From: Candidatus Zixiibacteriota bacterium
Lineage (GTDB): Bacteria; RBG-13-66-14; B26-G2; WVWN01
Direction: 5' to 3'
Length of the DNA: 64,000 nucleotides
NCBI GenBank assembly: GCA_011773985.1
Contig: WVWN01000078.1
Location: 39,151 to 103,150, forward strand
Shown here: in pieces, positions 44,460 through 53,554 of the stretch
How positions within the stretch are numbered: position 1 is the stretch's first letter
Layout of the letters: each line of letters opens with the position of its first letter
The notes under the pieces: model-generated
The model's database searches: none
The model's input: only the letters and a program-made list of their open reading frames with translations
What the model was told of the DNA's origin: nothing
Position numbers and translations under genes: made by a program

Positions 44460-46379
44460 TCAGCGCACAAGGACTACGGTCCTCGTTGACGGGGGGGCGG
44501 TTTTGCCGACGCGAAGGCACGCGACGTATACGCCGCTCGCTACCGGCGCGCCCCCGGCGTCGGTTCCGTCCCACTCCGCGACGTATTTTCCGGGCGTTTT
44601 GGCCTCGTTGACGAGGTAGCGGATTAGTTTGCCCGATATATCGTAAACGGCGATCGAGGTCGCGGGCGCGTCGCCGTTAACGGGCGCCACTTCGTACGCG
44701 ATATTGACTTGGGTTACGAACGGGTTGGGGTAGCACCGGGTTATGGCACTCCTGGGTTTGGCCGCGCCGCCCACAGCCCGGACCGCTTTCGGGCCGTAGG
44801 TCCGGACGCGCCCCGAGGAAAGGCGCTCCTCGAGTTTGTAATAGTAGATCGTGCCGTCGTTTACCTTATCGTCGCGGTAGCTGTAGGAGGCCGTCGGTTG
44901 TTCTTCGACGTACGCTATTTCGTAATAGATGGTACTTCCGCTCACGTGATCCCTTATTCCTTTAAAGATAGCCCAGCCCGATCGCTCCGGGGTAGGTTCG
45001 GCTTTCCACCGGATAATAATGGCGCCGCCCTGTACGGCCAGGGTGAAAGGTTGGCGGTCGGCGGCCGGCGCCAGGTATTTACCCGTACGCCAGTGGTTGC
45101 CGCCGAACATGGGCCAGGGGTTGGCGGACGGCTCGTACGCCGCCTCGGTGCGGATCGCCTCGAGGCATCCATTTTGGGCGCCCACGACGACATCCAGGAA
45201 GCCGTCTTCGTCCACGTCCGTTGCCGCGGGCGTGGAGGTAATGCCGGTGCCCGACAGTTTGACGGGGAACCCGCCGGTCGGAGCCCCGTTTTTTTCATAG
45301 GATAAAAGCGTACCGTCGTACGTCACGAGTAATATTTCGGGGAGGCCGTCGCCGTCTGCGTCGACCATCAGGGGGGCCGCGGCTACGGTTTGCCTTAATT
45401 GTTTCGGGAAACCTGGCCTTGATATGCCATCGGCGTCGAAGACGCCGATCGTCGCCCCTTCGATATATCTGGCCCCGCCCACGAAAACCAACGCCAGTTT
45501 GCCCCGGCCGTCTACGTCGCCCACGGCCGCGGGAACGGTTATGGGTTTAGCCCCAAATGATTGCGGCCACCCCGGGCGGAAGGTGCCGTCGGCGTCGACT
45601 ACGTAAGCCAGGCCCGTGGTAGTACCCGCCAGGACCTCGGTTCGCCCGTCGCCGTCTACGTCGGCCAGTACGGGCGCCCCGGCGACCTGTCCGTCGAGCG
45701 CGACGGGCCAACCGGTGGCTTCCGCCCCCGACGTATTGAAGGCGTAAATTTTACGATCTGAGGCTACCACGACTTCCGGCTGTTGGTCGCCGTCGAGGTC
45801 GCCCACCGCGGGGAAGCCGTGTGAAGGCTCTTCGAGCGTAGCGGGCCAACCGCCGATGGCCGTTCCGTTACCGTGGAAGCCGTAGAGGGCGGCGCCAGCG
45901 GTGGCGAATACTTCCAGGCCGCGGTAGTTCGTAAAGTCCTGGACCGCGACCCCGCCCGAGCCCGCGGCGCCGAGTTCCTTCGGCCACCCCGGCACGGGTA
46001 TCCCGTCGTGGCCGAAGGCGTAAAGTTTGCCGTCGCCGGAGGCGAATAGCACCTCCAATTTTCTATCGCCGTCGAGGTCCGCGAGGGCGGGCGAGGAACA
46101 CTCGCCGTGCTGTGCGCCAGTCGAGGCGGGAAAGCCCGAAAGCGGCCTCCCGTTGGCGTCGAGCAAGTAGAGTTTTCCGTCCCAAGTGGCGATCGCGATT
46201 TCGCGACGGCCGTCGCCGTCAACGTCGGCGACCGCGGGCGACGAGTCGTGGCACGGGCCGACGTTGACGGGCCAGCCCTGGATGTATTGCGGCTCGGCGG
46301 CCGTGGCGAATGGCGCGGCGACCGCCAAGCCCACCGCGCTTAAAATTGTCATATTTGTTATATGTTTAGATCTTCCCAC
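44460..46379 (-). CDS. FG-GAP/VCBS repeat beta-propeller protein with a T9SS C-terminal sorting domain (Por_Secre_tail type)
   Basis: Signal peptide. At least 7 FG-GAP repeats (ADVDGDGRREIAIATWDGKLYLLDANG, GDLDGDQQPEVVVASDRKIYAF...). C-terminus CYPNPFVTQVNIAYEV...IAVYDISGKLIRYLVNE...GKYVAEWDGTDAGGAPVASGVYVACLRVG...VVLVR matches the T9SS CTD consensus. Confidence 0.75.
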   Translation of the reverse strand: MGRSKHITNMTILSAVGLAVAAPFATAAEPQYIQGWPVNVGPCHDSSPAVADVDGDGRREIAIATWDGKLYLLDANGRPLSGFPASTGAQHGECSSPALADLDGDRKLEVLFASGDGKLYAFGHDGIPVPGWPKELGAAGSGGVAVQDFTNYRGLEVFATAGAALYGFHGNGTAIGGWPATLEEPSHGFPAVGDLDGDQQPEVVVASDRKIYAFNTSGAEATGWPVALDGQVAGAPVLADVDGDGRTEVLAGTTTGLAYVVDADGTFRPGWPQSFGAKPITVPAAVGDVDGRGKLALVFVGGARYIEGATIGVFDADGISRPGFPKQLRQTVAAAPLMVDADGDGLPEILLVTYDGTLLSYEKNGAPTGGFPVKLSGTGITSTPAATDVDEDGFLDVVVGAQNGCLEAIRTEAAYEPSANPWPMFGGNHWRTGKYLAPAADRQPFTLAVQGGAIIIRWKAEPTPERSGWAIFKGIRDHVSGSTIYYEIAYVEEQPTASYSYRDDKVNDGTIYYYKLEERLSSGRVRTYGPKAVRAVGGAAKPRSAITRCYPNPFVTQVNIAYEVAPVNGDAPATSIAVYDISGKLIRYLVNEAKTPGKYVAEWDGTDAGGAPVASGVYVACLRVGKTAPPSTRTVVLVR

Positions 46380-46396
46380 GTATAAGCCAGATTATA

Positions 46397-47755
46397 CTAA
46401 AAGGACGCCTCGATTTCCAGCTTTAATTCGTTCGCGCGATGCTCCTCGAATTCCGTCGTGCGCAGGTCGTAGCTTGGGTCCCACAACCCCCGCGTATAAG
46501 TAATGTCTATTTTGACGCCTTCCTTCGGAGCGTAGGATAGGTGGGGGAGGGCCGCGACGCTCAAGGATTTGTTCTCCCGGACCCTGGTGACCGGGTCGTC
46601 GGGGACCCGGCGGCCGGGGTTGATGTAGCGGCCTCCTACGCCGAAGAACAGTTTTTCCGTAAAGAAAAATTCGGGCTCGCCGAAGAGGAGGAGGTAGTCG
46701 TTAGTGTCTACGTCGTCGCCGAACGTACTCTCGTAGTTGGCGCGCCACACTTCGTACAGGACGGCGCCGCGGAACCACAAGCGCGGCCCGATCAAACGTA
46801 AGCCGAAGTCGGGGTAAACCTGGAAGAGCATGCCGCCCGTAGGATTTCGCAAGCTTTCGTCGTCTGCGAACCGATGATACGCTACTACGCCGTAGAAGTC
46901 CATAATCGAGAATTCCCGGGAGGTTTCTACGCCCGCGTGTATCGAATCCCCAAGGTTGCCCAAAGTGCCTCGCGGTTCCGGCGCGAGCGTCTTCTCGCGC
47001 CAATATAAATTTCGCCAGAACTTGGGAAGCGCCGGCGCGTAGTGCGTATCCCACAACGATTTCAGGTCGTACTTCATCCCTTCCGACGCGAAGAATAACC
47101 CGAAACCGCCGGCCCGGCAGCTCGCCGCGGCTATGGCCTGGTGCTCGAGGCCGGCGCCAACGTCGAGCGAAGCGGTAACCGACCCGAATTCGCGGCCGGC
47201 GCGTATGCCGAAGGGGTCGAGGTAGGCCACGAAAGAAACCGGGTCGATGCGGTTGACGAGATTGTTGTAGTACCCGCCGTGGCCGTAGCGGATGTCGAAG
47301 CCGCCGAGCGTGACGTCGGTACCGCGCCAGAGGTCCTTCAATTCGACGTTCACTTGCTCGAGGGAGCCGTAGACATATTTGGTTTCCGCGTGTTCGGCTA
47401 GGTGATATACGCCTGCCTCGCTCTCAAAGAGCGCGTAGCGATAGAACTTCGACTGTTTTCGGTCGTCGAAGGTGAAGAGGAGGTTCGCGGCCACGTTGTC
47501 GTCGAAGGTCGCGCGTATGCCTACGTCGGCCTCGAGACGGAAGTCGTAAACGGGGTCGCCATCCCTAACGATAGTACTCGAGGGACTCTCGGTCGGAGGG
47601 GGCTCCGGCGTCAACTCCGGCCCTACGGAACCGTCTCCGAAGTCGTCCGTGATTGCGCCGTAGATGCGGCCGTATACGTCGACGTCTGCGGCGGAACCGG
47701 CCGTTGCGGCCGCGAGGATCAAAACCGCGGTGGTTGCGCTTCGAGCGTCCATCAT
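46397..47755 (-). CDS. predicted outer-membrane beta-barrel protein, hypothetical
   Basis: Signal peptide MMDARSATTAVLILAAATAGSAA. 452 aa of amphipathic beta-strands rich in Y/F/G/D, ending in ...LEIEASF (C-terminal Phe, beta-signal-like). Confidence 0.45.
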   Translation of the reverse strand: MMDARSATTAVLILAAATAGSAADVDVYGRIYGAITDDFGDGSVGPELTPEPPPTESPSSTIVRDGDPVYDFRLEADVGIRATFDDNVAANLLFTFDDRKQSKFYRYALFESEAGVYHLAEHAETKYVYGSLEQVNVELKDLWRGTDVTLGGFDIRYGHGGYYNNLVNRIDPVSFVAYLDPFGIRAGREFGSVTASLDVGAGLEHQAIAAASCRAGGFGLFFASEGMKYDLKSLWDTHYAPALPKFWRNLYWREKTLAPEPRGTLGNLGDSIHAGVETSREFSIMDFYGVVAYHRFADDESLRNPTGGMLFQVYPDFGLRLIGPRLWFRGAVLYEVWRANYESTFGDDVDTNDYLLLFGEPEFFFTEKLFFGVGGRYINPGRRVPDDPVTRVRENKSLSVAALPHLSYAPKEGVKIDITYTRGLWDPSYDLRTTEFEEHRANELKLEIEASF

Positions 47756-47766
47756 ACGTTACTCCT

Positions 47767-48312
47767 TTATGATTTTTCCTGGAACGATTCCAATGCGCTG
47801 CGGAAACTTTCGAAAGCATCGTCGTCGTACAATACGAAAACGACGCGTTTGAGCCGTGCCTTTTCGCGCTCGCTAAGGTGCTCGAGCGTCGCCCGAAGCA
47901 TAGCTTCGGCCGCCACGCCGTAGGGTACCCGGCCAACGCCGGTCCCCAGCGCCGGAAATGCGATGGATTTCAGGCCGACGGACTCGGCGTTCGCCAGCGC
48001 GGCCTTCGTCGCCCGCCCTATAACCCCGGCGTCGGTCTTGCGGTCTTCTGCCATTACGGCGGCGTGGATGACGAACTTTGCCGGCAATAGGCCCGCCCGG
48101 GTGCGCGCAACTTTCCCCAGGCCGACGGGCGCTTTCTCGAGCGCCTCGCGCTGAACCGTCGTTCCGGCTCGCTTTGCTATGGCCCCGGCGACGCCCGCGC
48201 CCATAACGAGCGAGGTGTTGGCGGCGTTCACGATCGCGTCGCCCTGCCAGCGGGTAATGTCACCTTTTTCGATTTCGATAATTACGTCGCCGACAAGCAG
48301 CTCGTCGCCCAT
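47767..48312 (-). CDS. macro domain (ADP-ribose-binding / O-acetyl-ADP-ribose deacetylase-like) protein
   Basis: IVNAANTSLVMGAGVAGAI and SIAFPALGTGVG macro-domain motifs. 181 aa. Confidence 0.75.
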   Translation of the reverse strand: MGDELLVGDVIIEIEKGDITRWQGDAIVNAANTSLVMGAGVAGAIAKRAGTTVQREALEKAPVGLGKVARTRAGLLPAKFVIHAAVMAEDRKTDAGVIGRATKAALANAESVGLKSIAFPALGTGVGRVPYGVAAEAMLRATLEHLSEREKARLKRVVFVLYDDDAFESFRSALESFQEKS

Positions 48313-48354
48313 TGTTTTACCCCTGATTAGTCGCGCCGTTGGCGGCCACGTTAC

Positions 48355-49650
48355 TCAGAAACAGGCGGTCACGAAAGCGTACGCCTTATCGTAAATTAAG
48401 TACTGCCCCCAGTCGCGGCTATCCAGGTCGACGCCCGAGGCCATTTTAAAAGCGTAGTTCTCGCCGAATTTGTATTCCAACGAAATTGGTATGCGGTTCT
48501 GCGTTTTTTCCCGGTCCAAAGTTTCGCGGGAGCCGGTATCGAGATTAATTTTTTCGATGTTTATAAATTCGCCCATGTAGCCGGTCTCGAGGTAGAGCTC
48601 GCGCCAAGTCCGGAGGCGCCAAAGGAGGTGATAGATCAATTCCGTTTTTTCGTAAAGATAACTTTCCCGCGGCTGATAGGTAAAGTTGAAGCGCCGGGTT
48701 TGGCGGCGGCGCTCGAGGCCGCCGCGGAAGCGGTGCCGTCCCGGCCGTTGGTAGTACGCGCCGCAGCCGTGGGAGCCGAGCGTCAGGCGTCCGTCGTAAT
48801 CTTCCTCCAGGGGAACCGCGCCCAGGGGCGGTTCCGTAAGTCGCCGTGTCTCTTCCCATTCGCTGGCCGCGCCGCGGTAGTACGCCTCCAGGTTAGCGGG
48901 CAGCTTCTTGATTAACGTAGCGGCGCCGTACCGTTCCGCGTAGCGCCGCGCCCAGTTGGGCCGTTGGCCGTAAAAATAGGTGTAGTATTTCGTCGACGGC
49001 GTTCTCCAAAAACCCTCGCCCGTGACGCTGAAACCGAGGGGGAAGGACCAGGCTGCGGCCACTTCGTAGCGCCGGGGGCTTTGCGCGAACATCTCTTCGT
49101 AACCCTCGTCGTACTTGGAACGTCTGAAGGAGTAGTTGTTGTCGAAGTCGATGGCCGTGTACCCGACTTCGAGGAAACGGTCGCGGCCGTAGTCGAATTT
49201 GACGGTTGCGCCGGCGTCGCTGTAACGCTTCCAGAACGTCGGCTGCGTACGCAAGCCCAACTTGAACCAACGCCAAAGGCGAAACTCGAGCTCGAATTCA
49301 TTTAGTTGACGCTCTTCCCACAACGGCTCGAGGCCGTCGTAGCGGTCGTAGCGGTAGAGGAAGCGAAACCAGTCCGTGAAGGGCGCGGCGAACTTGACGT
49401 CTTGGCTAAGGAACCATTGCCGTACGTTAAGGCTGCCCATGGCGAGGCGGACGCCGATGTCGTTTTCGGCCCAGACGCGCTCCCAATCGCGGTCGTACGA
49501 GAGCTGGACCAAGTCCATTGCGTATTCGGCGTCGAACTCCTCTTCGGTGTCGTACGGCCCCGGTATGTATAGGCCCGCGGCGGAACCGGCGCCGCAGGTT
49601 ACGGCAAGCGCCCCCGTCACGCATTTCAAGTATTTCGGTAATTCGGGCAT
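48355..49650 (-). CDS. predicted outer-membrane beta-barrel protein, hypothetical (second one)
   Basis: N-terminal signal-like segment. 431 aa, W/Y/F/R-rich amphipathic strands, C-terminal ...AYAFVTACF ending in Phe. Confidence 0.4.
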   Translation of the reverse strand: MPELPKYLKCVTGALAVTCGAGSAAGLYIPGPYDTEEEFDAEYAMDLVQLSYDRDWERVWAENDIGVRLAMGSLNVRQWFLSQDVKFAAPFTDWFRFLYRYDRYDGLEPLWEERQLNEFELEFRLWRWFKLGLRTQPTFWKRYSDAGATVKFDYGRDRFLEVGYTAIDFDNNYSFRRSKYDEGYEEMFAQSPRRYEVAAAWSFPLGFSVTGEGFWRTPSTKYYTYFYGQRPNWARRYAERYGAATLIKKLPANLEAYYRGAASEWEETRRLTEPPLGAVPLEEDYDGRLTLGSHGCGAYYQRPGRHRFRGGLERRRQTRRFNFTYQPRESYLYEKTELIYHLLWRLRTWRELYLETGYMGEFINIEKINLDTGSRETLDREKTQNRIPISLEYKFGENYAFKMASGVDLDSRDWGQYLIYDKAYAFVTACF

Positions 49651-49725
49651 ATGCCAGAAAGCCCCCTGCTCCGGGGGCGCGTAATAGTAGCCGATACCCG
49701 CGCCGCTGTCAACCTAAATTCTCGA

Positions 49726-50532
49726 CTATAAGCGTCCGGGCAAAACGGCGCCGTGGCCGCTTAATCTTAGGCCCAAGGCTGCGGCCGCGCACGCTATCAA
49801 CGCCGCCGGTACGGCCCAATCCCACCGCGTCGGCGGTTCCGTGCCATAAGGCGTGGGCCGGCGCGTTGCCCGATACCCCCTGAGCTCGAGCGAGGTCGCG
49901 AGCTGGTCGGCCGAGCGCAGGCTATAGAGAAAAACCGGCACGACCAGCGGCAACGCGCGCCGTGCTTGCGACAGGAAGTTCGAGCCGAACTCGAGGCCGC
50001 GGGCGCGTTGAGCCTCGAGCGCCCGGGCGCTCGTCTCGAACATCACGGGGAGAAGGCGGAAGGCCAGCGTGAGCGTGACGGTGGCGCCGGGCGGGAGACG
50101 GAACGATTGTAGCGCGCGGCCGAACTCCTCGGGCGTGGTCACGGCGAGGAACGCGAGCCCCGCGAAGAGCATCCCGACAATGCGTAAACCTACGGCCAGG
50201 CCGTACAGGACGCCGAGGTCCGTTGCGCGATAAATGGAGAATCGCGCTACAACCCGCCCTGCGTCGATGAAGGGCGGCCACATCACGACGCTTAGGAGGA
50301 CGAACGCCGCGGCGAGGGGCGCCATACGGCGAAGGGCCCTTCCCGCGCGGCAGAAGAATACCACGGCAAAGGTGACGGCTGCGGCCAAGGCGGCCACGTA
50401 CGCGGGATGGTTGAACGTCGTCAGTAACGCCAATACGACCGCGAGCAGCGTTAAACGCGCCGCGGGGTGTAGGTTTTTCAGGAGCGGTTCTTTCATGGCC
50501 GATTTTGAACGCCGTCGTTCTGCAACGCGCAC
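49726..50532 (-). CDS. ECF-type ABC transporter transmembrane (T) component / CbiQ-like permease
   Basis: 268 aa with five or six transmembrane segments (LHPAARLTLLAVVLALL...). Overlaps the downstream duplicated ATPase gene by 40 nt. Confidence 0.6.
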   Translation of the reverse strand: MRVAERRRSKSAMKEPLLKNLHPAARLTLLAVVLALLTTFNHPAYVAALAAAVTFAVVFFCRAGRALRRMAPLAAAFVLLSVVMWPPFIDAGRVVARFSIYRATDLGVLYGLAVGLRIVGMLFAGLAFLAVTTPEEFGRALQSFRLPPGATVTLTLAFRLLPVMFETSARALEAQRARGLEFGSNFLSQARRALPLVVPVFLYSLRSADQLATSLELRGYRATRRPTPYGTEPPTRWDWAVPAALIACAAAALGLRLSGHGAVLPGRL

Positions 50533-52151
50533 GCAAGTTCTTCGCCCGTAACGGCGTCGAGGCCCAGTTCGCGCGCGAGGCGTGCGGCCAGGGGCGGCTC
50601 GAGCCCGGCGCGGGACAGGAGTTCGGCGTCGGCGAGTATACGCCGGGGCTTGCCCTCCGCGAGAACGCGGCCGCCGGCCACGACGGCGACGCGGCGCGCG
50701 TAGCGCGCGGCGACGTCCATAGCGTGGGTTATAAAAATTACCGTGGTGCCGCGACGGTTGAGCGCTACCACCGCCTCCATTAGCGAGGCGACTTCGGCCC
50801 GGTCTAGGCCGGTGGTGGGTTCGTCCATCACGAGGAGTTCGGGTTCCATCGCGAGGACCGAGGCCAGCGCGACGCGCTGGCGGTCCCCCTTGGGCATGGC
50901 GAACGGGTCCTCTTCTTCGAGGCCTATAAGGCCTACGGCGGCCATCGCCCCGGCGACGCGGCGGCCTATCTCTTCCGCGGGCAGGCCGAGCTGTCGCGGG
51001 CCGAAGGCGATTTCCTCGCGAACGGTGGCGCGAAATATCTGATGGTCCGGGTTCTGGAACAGGTAGCCGACGGTTTGCGCGCGGCGTTTCGCCGGCAGAG
51101 AGCGCGGCGCGCGTCCCCGGATGCGCACCGTGCCCGCCGAGGGCTCGAGGAGGCCCGCGACGGCCTTGGCGAACGTCGTTTTGCCGCCGCCGTTCTCGCC
51201 GACAAGCGCGATAAAGTCGCCCTCGTATATAGTGAGGTCGAAGTCGGCGAGCGCGGTTACGCCGCCAGGGTACGTAAAAGTTAGTGCGTCGGCCACGACG
51301 GTTGGCGGGCCCGGGACGGCGTATGCGGCCTCATTTTCGTACGCCCGTTTTTTTATTTTAACTGAGGGGCGCAAGCGATAATCGGAGCCGCGTCGTTCGA
51401 AGAAGTCCAAGTAGGGTAACGGCGCGACGCCCGCACGCGCGGTGAGCTCCGCGTCAGCCAGTGTTTCGTGGGGTGCGCCGTATGCGACGAGTTCGCCTTG
51501 GCCGAGCAGCGCCACTTCGTCCAGCCCGAGCGCCTGCGTGGCGTCGTTGTCGGCCGCGACCGCGGTCCGGCCACGCTCCCCGAGCTCGCCTACGATCCTT
51601 TTTAGGGCGGCTTTGCCAGCCGGGTCGAGGTCGGTCGTGGCCTCGTCGAACAATAGAAGTTGGGCGTCGGCCGCGAGCGCTGCCGCGACGGCGAGCCGTT
51701 GTTTTTGGCCGCCGGAAAGGCTCTCGACGCGCCGGCCGCGAAGGGCGTCGAGGCCGCAGGCGGCGAGCGCGCCTTCTACGCGGGCGGGTATTTCGGGCGC
51801 GGGTACGCCCAAATACCGCGGCCCGAAGGCGACTTCGTCTTCGACCGTCGTCGCAACGAGCGCGGCGTCGAAGTCCTCGAAGACGAAGGCCACCGTCCCG
51901 GCGACGTCGCGCGGTTTTAAGCCGGCGAGCGATTCGCCGAGTACGCGGACGGCGCCGCTCAGCGTACCCCTCTTTACCGCGGGCACGACTGCTGCGAGCG
52001 CCGCGAGTAGCGTGGATTTCCCGGCGCCGGAGTGGCCCAAGACGCCCAGCGTACGGCCTTCGTCGAGCACGAGGTTGAAGTGGGAAAGAGCCGGCCGGGG
52101 CCGGCCTTGATAGGTGAATGTTAAGTTGGCTACCTCGAAAGCTTCAGCCAC
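50493..52151 (-). CDS. ECF/ABC transporter ATP-binding protein with duplicated ATPase domains (EcfA1-EcfA2 fusion, CbiO-like)
   Basis: Two Walker A motifs (GHSGAGKSTLL, GENGGGKTTFA), two LSGGQ signatures (LSGGQKQRLAVA and a degenerate LALA) and two Walker B motifs (LLLFDEAT, LLVMDEPT). 552 aa. Confidence 0.8.
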   Translation of the reverse strand: MAEAFEVANLTFTYQGRPRPALSHFNLVLDEGRTLGVLGHSGAGKSTLLAALAAVVPAVKRGTLSGAVRVLGESLAGLKPRDVAGTVAFVFEDFDAALVATTVEDEVAFGPRYLGVPAPEIPARVEGALAACGLDALRGRRVESLSGGQKQRLAVAAALAADAQLLLFDEATTDLDPAGKAALKRIVGELGERGRTAVAADNDATQALGLDEVALLGQGELVAYGAPHETLADAELTARAGVAPLPYLDFFERRGSDYRLRPSVKIKKRAYENEAAYAVPGPPTVVADALTFTYPGGVTALADFDLTIYEGDFIALVGENGGGKTTFAKAVAGLLEPSAGTVRIRGRAPRSLPAKRRAQTVGYLFQNPDHQIFRATVREEIAFGPRQLGLPAEEIGRRVAGAMAAVGLIGLEEEDPFAMPKGDRQRVALASVLAMEPELLVMDEPTTGLDRAEVASLMEAVVALNRRGTTVIFITHAMDVAARYARRVAVVAGGRVLAEGKPRRILADAELLSRAGLEPPLAARLARELGLDAVTGEELACALQNDGVQNRP

Positions 52152-52189
52152 GGGCGGGTGACAGTTATGGCGGACGGTTTTTCGGCCCG

Positions 52190-52648
52190 TTAGATATTTG
52201 CCGCCACCGCCTCGAGCGCGTCGGCGTATTTGGAAACAGCTTGTTCGTAGAGGTCGAGGGCTCGCGTTACTTTATCTTTGTGGGTAAATTCCGCGTCGAA
52301 GTGGGAGGCCAGCTCGAGCGCGGCCTGGGCGCCGAATTCCGCGCTGGCCATAAGGTCTTTTTGGGCGTTTATGGCCTCCGCCGGCGGCACCCGTTGCTCC
52401 AGGAAGTGATAGGCGTCGGCGAGCTCCGCGGCGCGATCTTCGCAATCGCGCGAGTAATCTTTGCCCGACGACGCTTTGGCGAACAAGTCGCCCAGCTTGT
52501 CGAGCTGTTTACCGATTCTTTTGGCCGCGCCGCCGAAGTCGGCGTAATATTGCGCGTCCGCCTCCGATATCTCGGCGGCAGCCGACGCCGCTAATACCGC
52601 GAGAGCGGCCACGGCGATGATACATTTTAATTTAAGAATAATTCCCAC
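52190..52648 (-). CDS. secreted helical hypothetical protein
   Basis: Signal peptide MGIILKLKCIIAVAALAVLAASAAA. 152 aa. Confidence 0.4.
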   Translation of the reverse strand: MGIILKLKCIIAVAALAVLAASAAAEISEADAQYYADFGGAAKRIGKQLDKLGDLFAKASSGKDYSRDCEDRAAELADAYHFLEQRVPPAEAINAQKDLMASAEFGAQAALELASHFDAEFTHKDKVTRALDLYEQAVSKYADALEAVAANI

Positions 52649-53276
52649 CCCCCTTTTCTTCGACTTGGGTTATTGTTTGTTCCGCCTCGTTTATCTCGAG
52701 ATCTGCAAAGGTCGCGGGCGCTTTTTTCTTGAGTTCTTTCAAAATTGCGATGGCGAGCTGGCGTATCTCCCACTGGGCGGCGGCGTGCCCGCGGAGCGCG
52801 ATGATGTGGCGCCACTCGCGGAAGTTGGCGGTCACGACGACCTCGGTGGCGGTGGCGTTCGGCAGGACGAAGCGCGCGTCCTCGGGGGCGACGCCGGCCT
52901 CGAGAAGTTTGTCGTACGCTCCGCGGGCTTCTTCTAAGGCTTTGCGAAAGACGTCCAGCACTTCCGTGTTGGCCGCTATCGCCGGGGGCGTGACGTACGC
53001 GAGGCCGTCTTCCTTCACGTACCGTTGGCTACGCTGCGAGTAGGAGGCGAGGCGGTGGCGTACGAGCTGGTGGGTGAGGGCGCGCGAGACGCCCTTGACG
53101 CGGAAGGTCGCGGAGGCGTGCTCGAGGACCGAGAGGTGGCCGCGGCGTATTAGCATGCGGATGAACTTGGCCGCGGAGTCGGCGGCGGCGCGGCCGCCGG
53201 TGTCGTAGCAGGTGCGCCCCGCGGCCTCGATTAGCCGCTCGGCGTCCGGCGTGACCGTAAGTAATTCGACTTCCAG
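52632..53276 (-). CDS. thyX: FAD-dependent thymidylate synthase ThyX (apparent CTG start)
   Basis: ThyX signature RHRLASYSQRSQRY. The frame stays open upstream of the first ATG (53156) through conserved N-terminal residues LEVELLTVTPDAERLIEAAGRTCYD. AAGGAG RBS 6 nt upstream of an in-frame CTG (53276-53274). No ATG/GTG/TTG is available. About 214 aa. Confidence 0.7.
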   Translation of the reverse strand: MEVELLTVTPDAERLIEAAGRTCYDTGGRAAADSAAKFIRMLIRRGHLSVLEHASATFRVKGVSRALTHQLVRHRLASYSQRSQRYVKEDGLAYVTPPAIAANTEVLDVFRKALEEARGAYDKLLEAGVAPEDARFVLPNATATEVVVTANFREWRHIIALRGHAAAQWEIRQLAIAILKELKKKAPATFADLEINEAEQTITQVEEKGGGNYS

Positions 53277-53331
53277 CGTTGACTCCTTGACAGGCGAGGG
53301 GTTTTCGCTTATAATTAATTAAAAATTAATC

Positions 53332-53404
53332 GGGGCAGTAGCTCAGCTGGAAGAGCGCATCCCTCGCACGGATGAGGTCGTCGGTTCGAATCCGATCTGC
53401 TCCA
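53332..53404 (+). tRNA. tRNA-Ala (anticodon CGC)
   Basis: 73-nt cloverleaf: acceptor GGGGCAG/CTGCTCC with the G3:U70 Ala identity pair, D-arm GCTC-AGCTGGAA-GAGC, anticodon arm CATCC-CTCGCAC-GGATG (anticodon CGC, A37), T-arm GTCGG-TTCGAAT-CCGAT, discriminator A. CCA is not encoded. Confidence 0.85.
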
Positions 53405-53407
53405 AGC

Positions 53408-53439
53408 GCCGGGCCGTAAGGTCCGGCATTTTTCTTTTT
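53408..53439 (+). terminator. rho-independent terminator after the tRNA
   Basis: GCCGGGCCGTAAGGTCCGGC hairpin followed by ATTTTTCTTTTT. Confidence 0.6.
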
Positions 53440-53554
53440 AAATTTTAACACTTTTTCCGGGTTCCGGCAACGGCGATTGCGCCGGGCGGTTACGGCCGAG
53501 GCGTTTGGGGTTTTTTGGAGAGGAGGCGAAGTGGCAGGCCTTACACGTCTCCTT

